Shown here: piece by piece, positions 58,001 through 64,000 of the stretch
Numbering within the stretch: position 1 is the stretch's first letter
Layout: every line of letters begins with the position of its first letter
Origin: a virus
Reading direction: 5' to 3' (one strand)
DNA length: 64,000 bases
IMG/VR virus record: IMGVR_UViG_3300003375_000013
Coordinates: 64,001-128,000 of that record
Program-made: the position numbers and the translations under genes
Notes under the pieces: generated by a model
Seen by the model: only the letters and a program-made list of their open reading frames with translations
What the model was told of the DNA's origin: nothing
Databases searched by the model: none

Positions 58001-61000
58001 GCTTGATATACATTATATGTATCAACTAATTGATTAGCTTTGTTAGCTAAGTTAGGCAATAATCCATTATCAATAGCTTGATAATCACTCTTAATCCAAT
58101 TTGCGTAGTTGAATACTTCTGATGGATCTATAATAGTCAGTGATTGCCAGTATGTATTTTTATATAATACCATTTCACCCTTAGTGTATTTGGTATAAGG
58201 CTGCCACTGTTTTACATTGTTTAAATTAAGTATGAATCCCTGTGCATTAAGCTGCCCATCCCATTCAGTTGAAGTTGACGCAATCAAACTTAATCGAACT
58301 TGTCTAGCAGCAGTAATAGGATCATAAATTAAATCATTGAACTGTGTTGTATTGTTCAACACAATCATATCTTCATAATTTGTAAACTTTAATGTCAGAA
58401 AATTAATTGTTTGACCCGTTGTTGTAGTAACAGAAAATAGATTATTAATTCTATTAACTACCATGTTACTAACATCTAGAGCAAAACGATTTTGATCTAA
58501 TAACATATTTTCAGGCGTTACACTAGCAATAGTATCTACGATAGATACAGGACGACTAGCCACAATTGTGGTAGCACTAGGGTTTAAATTAATCATTGTA
58601 TTAGGTTGCCATCCTTGGGCTCCAAAATACAAGAATTCCTGTGCCATCTGTTTCCAATCTAATGTATAACCATTAAATCGATCAGAAAATATTAAACCTT
58701 GACTTTCTAAATAAGCACCATAACTTAATAAAAAGTCACACACACTTGCCGGACTAGTAAACACGTATCCATATGGAACTTGCCTGATGTTGTCGGTATA
58801 CTGTGACGGAATTTGTACAATAGTGTTACCAGCGGTAAGAGTTTGATAAGCTCCAACTGGACTACTTACTAATGTCTCAAAATAAGGCTGAACATTGCTA
58901 TATCCATATACACCATATCCAATTCCTCCTGTGCCCAGTTGTTCAACTTGAACAATTACAGAACTATATGTAATCTGACCAAATGGTTGATTTTTATAAA
59001 ACAATAATTCGTAACTTGAAGCTGGAATTTCTAAACTATTATTAGTAGAATTTGGTCCACCTCTTTCAGTAAACAATTGTACGTATGCTGGATCACTAAA
59101 TGATGCCATACGATAGCATAAACGAACATCTAGATTTGCTAGTGCTTCTGTTAATGTTTTAGTACTATTAACTCCTGACCGTTGATTATAATCAACAATC
59201 CAGTTAATATAACTTGCTTTACTTACACCATCGCCGTATACTTGAACGCCGGATGCATCTAAACGATAACGATTGTTTAGCAAATACTGACCCAACGTAG
59301 TATTATAACGATATAAATCTCTATCAGCAAACAATGAGAAAAATTGTGCTGGTTTAGTAAGAGCTAATAAACGCATCATTGCAAATGGATAAGAACTGCT
59401 ATTCCACCATGATGCTTCTACTGGGCCGCCATCACCAGCTGCCCATGATTGTTGAAATCCATATGGATCATTCAATCCAACTATACAATCTATAGGAGAT
59501 AATAGTTCACCCTCTAGTCCTGCTGGAATAATTTTGCTTAACCCAGCCCGAATATATTCAGGTAAAATGTATGGACCCGCTGGATCACCTACAATACCGG
59601 CCTCTAAATCATCCCAGAGTACAGTATTGCCTGATGTATATGGCGCTGGTCCGTAACGTGTAATCCACCATGCTGGTTCTTCGGTAAATCCTACCATTTC
59701 CCATGGGGTCGAGTTAGGAGTTTCAGTATCGTAAAAATAACGATAGATTCCACGCCAGTTGCCTTGAAGGAATGCCGCTTGATCAATACGATTAGATGCC
59801 TGGCTATAGTTGTATGTAAATGGATTATTGGCAATGTAATCTTGCGTTGTGTAATTTAATTTATTTTGACCAACCCATGACAAAAAGTCCTCACTCATTA
59901 TCTGATTGACTTCTTGATATGTATATGGCGTTTTGCGGAAATATCCTGGCAATAACGCGGTAGTTTGAGCAGGATAAAAATCCGGATTTACTTGGTCAGT
60001 AGATAACGGAATTGGATTATCATCAGTTTTGATATTATCGTATATACGTTTTTCAAATTCAAATAATACTTGATCACGAATGTCACCAAAAGCAATAGTA
60101 ATTGACCCATCATGGCCTTGAATTACCACGGTTGGCTCTGAATAAGTGTCATCTACGTAGACAGAAGGAGTGTATTTAGGATATAGACCCATTTTGCTAG
60201 GTGTATTTGGACACCAGCTAGCCACTGTGGTAGGATATTCATTAATTGTAACAACATCGCCAATGTGTAATGGAATCAATATAGTCAATTTAGCAGCATC
60301 AGTAGATACTGTATACTCAGTTCCTCTTAGTAAAAGTACATTATTGACATATACTAATAATCCAAGATAGTTACTTGATTTGAAATCATATACTTGATTT
60401 GTATTAAAGATATTTGTAGTTATTGGGTTAACTACTGTTGTCGATGATGTATAATTAGTTCCAACTGGCAACATATCTGACCAATAAGATGAGTCAGAAC
60501 TTGTTAAGCTTTTTGTAATGTTAGAAATAACCAAATCAAGAATTTGAGGCACAGTCTCAGATCCATTAAGATCTAATCTAGTGACTTCGGTCAATAATTT
60601 ATTCTTGTACTTGATATATTCTCTGCTATTATACTCCAATGAAGCAAATATATCATAGTTAATATTTCGTAAGAAAAATCCAGCAAGCGTCAATGGTGAT
60701 GATTGTTGTAATATTAACTGACCATAAGGAACAATGTTACCTAGGTCACGAGTGTTATTACGTCCATTAATAGGACCATTAAGATCAACTAAATTTTCAC
60801 ATATTGTGGCGTAATGTTGACGAACTGTCCCCAAACTAAACTGTTTGCTATTACCATTAAACGGATTATTTTCTAAGTTTTTTGGAACTTCATAGAAACC
60901 GTATGCACTTACTTGCTGACTATATGCAAGTACCTCAATAATGTCACCAAACACATATCCAGTACCATTTAATGTAATAGTAGATACATTAGTTGTGGTA

Positions 61001-64000
61001 TCAACTAATAAAGTGTATGATGATGGAAGTTGATATACATTATTAATAAAAATTTGAACAGGCGGCACGTCTAATGTAGTTTCTACTACAATATCAAGCT
61101 GAAGAGGTTGTCCAGCATAACTAAATTGAAATTGTTGTCTAGCCAATGATGGAATAGCAGCAATTTGCCAACCAATCTCAAGGCTGAACGTAATTCTATC
61201 AGAATACTGATATACAAATCCATTGCTGACATTTACAGTAACGCCAGCTGTATTAGATGGAGTATAAACAAATGTATCAGTATATAAATTGTTAGTGAAT
61301 AAAATATCACCAATATTATTGATACTAAAGAAGTCTAACGGAATTCCTAACACAGAATCAATTGGATTATCTGGATTTTCTGTGTAACTTAATAGTTTAC
61401 ATCCAGTAAAGTTAGAACTTGGATATATTGTTGTATCACTAAAGCTATATCCACTACTATCAAATACATCAAATAACGGAGCTTGATTAACTGAAGTTTT
61501 TTGTTGAGAATCTATCCATGTTGTGCCGTTGTAGTAGAAACTTTGACCTTGAACACCAATAATGCCGCCAGAAATATACGTGGCAGTCGTATTACTAGCA
61601 AAACTTACCGATGAAGTTGAACATGCTGTTACAATATAGTTTCCGTTATATGCAGCAGGCAATATTCCTGTCACAGATATAGATTGTCCAACAGTATACG
61701 GAATACTTGATCGTGGGGTAAAGTTTAAAGTAACACTAGCACCTGTTCCAGATGCTGATATAACTGGCAATGTAAGTCCATTCAGACATACTGTAGTTTG
61801 TTCAGGTAAAACTGGACTATAACTTGTCGGTACCAAATCAATGATAGGAACAGTAGAAGTTTCTGGATCTGGAACAATAAAGTTTACAGTGAAAATTTGA
61901 TTACGCACATTAGGATTAGAATCAGCAGCAAAAATAACTAAACTGCCCTGGACTAGACTATATCCATTAATACCGTATCCTATTTGTCCATTTACATTCA
62001 ATAACGCATTGGTCTGGGTAAAATCAATAACATTAACAGCTGGTACTCCTTCTGTGCCAAAATTAAATAATTTTGTACCAGCTCTAAACTCTAAAATAGG
62101 CCTAGCAGCACGTTGTAATCCAGTGTATTTAGGAGCTACATTATTATAAGCAGCAGCAGCATCAATAACATCAACGTGAAACCATCTGTTACTACGAGTC
62201 CATGGATTTAAATCAATACTTGCCATATTGATGGTAATATAATCAGGAATTACAGGTTGTCCATCAACATTATTAGCATAAGGTTCCACTACTACTAAAT
62301 TAGAAGCAAGTATTAGCTTAATTCCAGTGCCAACACCTTGTACATAGTAAGTATTGTTTACATATGACGAAGGGTATACATTGCCTTTAAGAACAATCTT
62401 AAGTCCATTAGTAAATGTTATACCATTTGGACTAGTATAATTTTTTTGACCTAAAATATCAGTTTCAACATTAATGTATGAATTAATACTAACCGAATTT
62501 ATTACACCGCCTGTACTATAAGTGCCAGTATATGTACTTGCGTAAGTTACTGAGGTTGTAGTACAATCTAGTACTGTATAATCACCATTATATCCAGTTG
62601 GAGTAATTTCTGATACAATAATCGTGCTTCCAATAGAATAAGGAGCTGATAATTGTTCGGCAAAAGACAATGTTACCCCAGTGCCAGATGCAGAAAGTCC
62701 ACTAATTGCCAAAGCAGGAATACTTGGATTGATATTGCCCTCAATCAAATTGATTACGCCAAAAATAGTTGGATCTTCACTGTCTTGATAGTATAACTGT
62801 GGTAATGCTGCAGTAAGTAATGGCATTTGTGTAAAGAATCCTGATGAATTCTTATACCACTGTGTATTGACATATTCTGTTCCAAAAGACACAATAAATT
62901 GTGTTAGATTAGCAATAGGCAAAATGCTGTTAAGCTGTATAAAATCTACCCCGCCTTTGTTTACGTATTGAATTTGCCATAAACTTGCTTGAATAGCAGG
63001 ATCTGTAATTGGAATAGCTTGATCGAACGGAATACTATCAAATGTTCCAACTCTACCATCAAGTGGGTCAGGCACTCCGTCAATAGAATTTATGTTTGTG
63101 TCATATGAAAAATTATCAAATCCTGGACTTGCCGTTCCGCCATTAACATAAGCAGTTGTAGTAACATTTTCATAACTCACGCTACTAGACGTACTATTAG
63201 TTACTACATAAGTTCCATTATATCCAGAAGGAGTAATACCTTCCACTATGATAGTACTACCTGTAGGAAATGCGGGTGATGGATAGGTTGCATTGGCATC
63301 AAAGTCTAGTGTTACTATGCTTCCTGTGCCAGTCGCATTACTAATAGCTAAACCTAGATCATACCCAAGACTTGTAGAATATCTATTGGGAACGGTTCTA
63401 ACTATTGGATCAAATGGAGTTTTTACATACCATCCACCTGGAGCTGGGTCAGATGATTGAGTAGGAAATACTAATGTTCTACCATTGAGATTCGTAACGC
63501 CATCAATACCATCTGGGTAAGTAGATAAAAATTGTTCAACAGTAATGCCATTTATTTGATCAAATTGTATATTACCACAAATTAAATCTACCGCACCAGT
63601 TGTAGCAGTAGGATAACCAATATAAGGCATAGAATAATAAAAATTCTGTGCGCTAATATCAGGAACGTTGAATGTAACTGTACCGAGATCTGTGCCATTG
63701 TTTGATACACCAAGCACATCACGACTACTGATATTTCTAGACCATGGTAATTTACCATCTACTCCTGGAGCAGATTGAATCCAAAATTCAGGTCCAGTTC
63801 CTGGCTCAGCACTTATAATATCAAACTGTCCACGTAGATTAAACTCTAAATCATTGCAGTAATATAATGTATCAGGCGCATTTTGTGGCACTGTAAATGT
63901 AATCAGTCCTTGACTAGTGCCGCCATTAGTAACTCCATCAGTCCATAAGTTGGTAGTACCAAAACTTTCTTTTGTTTTGATATAGAAAGCGTATGCAGCT
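49066..64000 (-). CDS. Giant virion structural protein (baseplate wedge/hub-like), N-terminus outside window, >4,970 aa
   Basis: Frame stays open from 63891 to the window edge (...GLITFTVPQNAPDTLYY); FG-GAP-like repeats; three internal approx. 72-aa repeats. Confidence 0.85.
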   Translation of the reverse strand, partial: AAYAFYIKTKESFGTTNLWTDGVTNGGTSQGLITFTVPQNAPDTLYYCNDLEFNLRGQFDIISAEPGTGPEFWIQSAPGVDGKLPWSRNISSRDVLGVSNNGTDLGTVTFNVPDISAQNFYYSMPYIGYPTATTGAVDLICGNIQFDQINGITVEQFLSTYPDGIDGVTNLNGRTLVFPTQSSDPAPGGWYVKTPFDPIVRTVPNRYSTSLGYDLGLAISNATGTGSIVTLDFDANATYPSPAFPTGSTIIVEGITPSGYNGTYVVTNSTSSSVSYENVTTTAYVNGGTASPGFDNFSYDTNINSIDGVPDPLDGRVGTFDSIPFDQAIPITDPAIQASLWQIQYVNKGGVDFIQLNSILPIANLTQFIVSFGTEYVNTQWYKNSSGFFTQMPLLTAALPQLYYQDSEDPTIFGVINLIEGNINPSIPALAISGLSASGTGVTLSFAEQLSAPYSIGSTIIVSEITPTGYNGDYTVLDCTTTSVTYASTYTGTYSTGGVINSVSINSYINVETDILGQKNYTSPNGITFTNGLKIVLKGNVYPSSYVNNTYYVQGVGTGIKLILASNLVVVEPYANNVDGQPVIPDYITINMASIDLNPWTRSNRWFHVDVIDAAAAYNNVAPKYTGLQRAARPILEFRAGTKLFNFGTEGVPAVNVIDFTQTNALLNVNGQIGYGINGYSLVQGSLVIFAADSNPNVRNQIFTVNFIVPDPETSTVPIIDLVPTSYSPVLPEQTTVCLNGLTLPVISASGTGASVTLNFTPRSSIPYTVGQSISVTGILPAAYNGNYIVTACSTSSVSFASNTTATYISGGIIGVQGQSFYYNGTTWIDSQQKTSVNQAPLFDVFDSSGYSFSDTTIYPSSNFTGCKLLSYTENPDNPIDSVLGIPLDFFSINNIGDILFTNNLYTDTFVYTPSNTAGVTVNVSNGFVYQYSDRITFSLEIGWQIAAIPSLARQQFQFSYAGQPLQLDIVVETTLDVPPVQIFINNVYQLPSSYTLLVDTTTNVSTITLNGTGYVFGDIIEVLAYSQQVSAYGFYEVPKNLENNPFNGNSKQFSLGTVRQHYATICENLVDLNGPINGRNNTRDLGNIVPYGQLILQQSSPLTLAGFFLRNINYDIFASLEYNSREYIKYKNKLLTEVTRLDLNGSETVPQILDLVISNITKSLTSSDSSYWSDMLPVGTNYTSSTTVVNPITTNIFNTNQVYDFKSSNYLGLLVYVNNVLLLRGTEYTVSTDAAKLTILIPLHIGDVVTINEYPTTVASWCPNTPSKMGLYPKYTPSVYVDDTYSEPTVVIQGHDGSITIAFGDIRDQVLFEFEKRIYDNIKTDDNPIPLSTDQVNPDFYPAQTTALLPGYFRKTPYTYQEVNQIMSEDFLSWVGQNKLNYTTQDYIANNPFTYNYSQASNRIDQAAFLQGNWRGIYRYFYDTETPNSTPWEMVGFTEEPAWWITRYGPAPYTSGNTVLWDDLEAGIVGDPAGPYILPEYIRAGLSKIIPAGLEGELLSPIDCIVGLNDPYGFQQSWAAGDGGPVEASWWNSSSYPFAMMRLLALTKPAQFFSLFADRDLYRYNTTLGQYLLNNRYRLDASGVQVYGDGVSKASYINWIVDYNQRSGVNSTKTLTEALANLDVRLCYRMASFSDPAYVQLFTERGGPNSTNNSLEIPASSYELLFYKNQPFGQITYSSVIVQVEQLGTGGIGYGVYGYSNVQPYFETLVSSPVGAYQTLTAGNTIVQIPSQYTDNIRQVPYGYVFTSPASVCDFLLSYGAYLESQGLIFSDRFNGYTLDWKQMAQEFLYFGAQGWQPNTMINLNPSATTIVASRPVSIVDTIASVTPENMLLDQNRFALDVSNMVVNRINNLFSVTTTTGQTINFLTLKFTNYEDMIVLNNTTQFNDLIYDPITAARQVRLSLIASTSTEWDGQLNAQGFILNLNNVKQWQPYTKYTKGEMVLYKNTYWQSLTIIDPSEVFNYANWIKSDYQAIDNGLLPNLANKANQLVDTYNVYQANLTSDNDLFAFGLIGFRPRQYMTDMNLNGVTQVQLYQQFIGTKGTVHAAEIFNLANLNKKESGDYNIYENWGVLSGTYGAQANKSFFEIQLNEAKLSYNPSTIQIINPEETSQANQTLYLDNLWKESFNITSTNILPTVYENGSLPSALPSAGFVCLEDVDITVFSLKDPTTINQNIDSIGIGTYIWIAKVNTHDWGVYRVAGVPGNITQVSNNLNGTSIVQFNAYHGLSVADLIIVKYFNDEVNGVYRVLAVPTPTTIIVAFTFNNYNVSTITGSGLAFHLQDARVSQASDIATLLYVNNLIPGAKAWVDNDGNGHWETVEKQNVFDTELVITPGLTATARYGASVAQAESGVAALVGAPGTSRILTYFRGVVSYYQYNDSLALGAIDTSNFGNIVSFGNSDWAIAGANTSLSNMGYAAVIYRNPNVNSFSITQLLVPPDQNFDPINFGTSGAISKDEQWMYVGAPGNNVVYAYEKITVEDQSVSYSTRFDVLAYNYSDTIQVNYLYPDQLVVTLDNDVLTSGTDYTLNQNNVILTNTPGNNQTLLITRNTSSVLDVQKYTGIQQNSTSGTGYGAVFTIYNSRGTYTGSITAGGQNYSVGDTLLVRGTQLGGTTPTNDLEITVASVLTNGELFGFTVSGTGVYTTSVFALNTTLYNASSIETFTVVVNQEVQRPYFDYTFDPTTTELTFSTVPPQNAVITVTTPTYWQYVTNITSPNSLEGDNFGASVSTTTDGSQIFIGAPNATSNGIDNAGVVYVFDRSVIRFIVSNPSQMTYDVAGTINSPISVNVNEVFLLSTDQSTNGQYSVTDNTVTFTNITFNYGDIIEFGTNQFVQIQELVSSTENLSANFGAAIDTCPLSCSVYIGAPFDSTYIDEAGSVDRQANQSRLYGVITTTIANPLLEPYSSIRINNSIVTVPLAPNNTIAGFAEVINKAAIPNVVSFPTSDLYFTGDGVTQTYNIGSLYTNTSSYNTVVYLNNVLQIVGTNYSYDPSTETINFLNPPISGTKITVVSGRLTVSVQNSTAGIKNNLLTVSPGVTFSAFDTLGFETLVFTQQILSPAPTFNAQFGSSLSIDSSAVNLIIGAPNGNVYEPTIFDGERTYFDDNSTTFFNPINNGGVAYTYDYFLSSTSNINNPGKFAFGQQIYNDGTQSGDFFASSVNYTNHKLMVGATGGVPSNTTNLGYVVVYNNTNNSPAWVPIRTQQPVVDVYAINNVFSYSSNQAIGINDTVNGGYQTYFDFFDPLQGKILGIAKRNIDYIGAVDPGQYNQGTVHNNGQPWGAEHIGQIWWDTDTIRFIDPNQDDIVYASRRWGTTFPGSRADIYQWVESTTPPANYAGPGTPLSPTSYTIGSVLGANNVFVTLYYFWVRDIPTVASGSGKTLSTVAISNYIIDPRSSGLPYIAGLNASTIAIYNAQNLLNATNTILNVGYDQKLNDDVVHQEFQIVTDGIADSFLNGNLYRKFLDSLCGIDTVGNIVPDPRLSPGMRYGVQFRPRQSMFADRFTALENYLTRANNVLAQYPITEMCSFNLLNASQPIPPANSGAWNFEVPNLEVLGYQNLAGIPIGYKYLVLNDSSQQGTWTVYTVGANQTLILTQVQSYDTSLYWYYVNWYLPGYNPSVAPVAAVQNYGQLSTLSYKTAPVGSSVRVIANGVGKWEIYLRTGVSPTTGWQRVGLEDGTIAFKEELWNYTVGDFGFGAQTFDSQHYDQAPQIETRFIIRALNEEIYIEELLLERNSSLILMFNYVYSEFTNPSWLIKTSYVDVNHKIRSLLPYQSYLADNQDFVLDYFQEVKPYHVQVRQFNLIYAGDDNFQGDITDFDLPAYWNSTLPSPQFVSPILTPYNQAITTHNSLASNTAPNAQLWLTPSSYSQWFNNYQLNVQGITVINQGTGYTSVPVITFGTIWQANTSYFLGQQVYYDNNLYTITVPGITGSVAPTFTFGSSLDGSATLTYAGYPATGSCIINTYGGIISINITNPGKGYITDATVNITGGGLPGVTIPWAANLSVVSSSYIITPSNNIFEVTVAGTLDGVAPVGQENQVNGTVTLAFVGQIAQAAVIMGNPSGHSLARTFNTTLKYDRYEYSSNIVEWVANTTYEIGTQVRFDAIVWSANETVTNSVFDPAQWTRIDASVLSGVNRTMGYYVSTVNTPGLSLPLLVDGIDYPGVQVVGLNFSQDTGFDRGNFDINPFDNFSLDASGQPTYDLNILDTIFESSYLDPYLGIRPSDINIDGGKYVDVFESHAPEELVPGIEFDTLDMRVYTTPGADWSGKGHGFNQGLVQVIYDITNPTISFANLVTYPFDLEITNATQRYNLVEGIDYTVDWPSLTFTILSSFTRVINGDQLGIYVYELGGGNQLFKDTYLGDEFGDILIVPVDYTLLSPDNNGFAIFVNGNYLSNANYSYIAGTAYGTTTITFNNTYTSTDFISLAAIGPTTIDSVTTEYSWSLPVAQSFTVATSGQLVFDLDPAISLEYTNPVTAIVTVGGITARGSAGIPYVGDGNTVTYVLPQRISASPITIEKANVSVYIDGVLQNPTTYDLEISDGFSSDSSVDYFSAGPFDLDAGVLYVLLDTAPADGAQIYIAVDSTAQYIIDPIAMTLTFIENTGINPFVGQVISVTTFNDTREQRLSTQIFVGPVEEGSAIYEGYDTTGFGNTFDGTVGTVIQTNNFVLYQAYTDISRPWVSLNGRTLTAYLDYTIEGNLLILNSGTIGVTDTLMITNMTNSVVPEAMAFRIFQDMRGVQATYRITPNSTTTVTQQVAQTDDIIYVSNASALSIPNFTANMWGVVTINGERIMYREIDLVNNTISSLLRGTAGTAAAQHNIGAYVYDMGRGNLLSPEFQNYIESNSFLGNGSTSAYTTNINVNYANFWKNTEPFDSTTFDEGNVTGESLSFDYGFAGNIEAIQVYVGGKLQTSGYAVTNIDPVVILFDIPPADGSEITIFVKFGSTWYAPGINPPTASNGVPLQETNTIPALFLRGLN

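Noticed and set aside
49541-60370. Short plus-strand ORFs opposite the giant gene, and other antisense ORFs inside recognised genes
   Set aside because: Shadow frames without motifs or ribosome binding sites
1-64000. Stop-codon reassignment
   Set aside because: No suppressor anticodon among the tRNAs, genes end in TAA, TAG and TGA, and a >4,900-codon ORF is uninterrupted under the standard code
1-64000. CRISPR array
   Set aside because: No regularly spaced direct repeats seen; repeats are tRNA motifs or coding repeats

Overview
AT-rich fragment of a large tailed (jumbo, T4-superfamily-like) bacteriophage genome that uses the standard genetic code. (1) 1-7 kb and 15.3-16 kb: an array of 21 tRNA genes or tRNA-like genes, interspersed with small ORFs, an RNA polymerase omega-like gene, free-standing homing endonucleases and several unexplained structured RNAs. 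(2) 8.6-15 kb and 25-45.6 kb: large islands of tailoring enzymes (8 non-heme Fe dioxygenase-like proteins, 3 PP-loop ATPases, 4 radical SAM, 3 SGNH-like, a fatty acid desaturase, GNATs, glycosyltransferase-like proteins, methyltransferases, an epimerase, a TctC/Bug binding protein). Many of these genes sit directly behind T4-type late promoter boxes (TAAATA). (3) 16-25 kb: carbamoyltransferase N-domain, MoxR AAA+ ATPase, vWA/metallopeptidase, thyX and a family of small paralogues, with consensus sigma70 promoters in front of several genes. (4) 45.6-64 kb, minus strand: virion structural genes, including a >4,900-aa protein that runs off the window. The most unusual signals are: the only three CCA-less tRNAs (Gly-TCC, Gly-GCC, His-GTG) all have acceptor stems extended by paired flanks; a kissing-loop RNA lies between tRNAs; late genes show a TAAATA-N4-7-ATG leaderless layout; and the tailoring-enzyme islands appear to be late-expressed. 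All protein assignments are by motif recognition only; no database searches were run.
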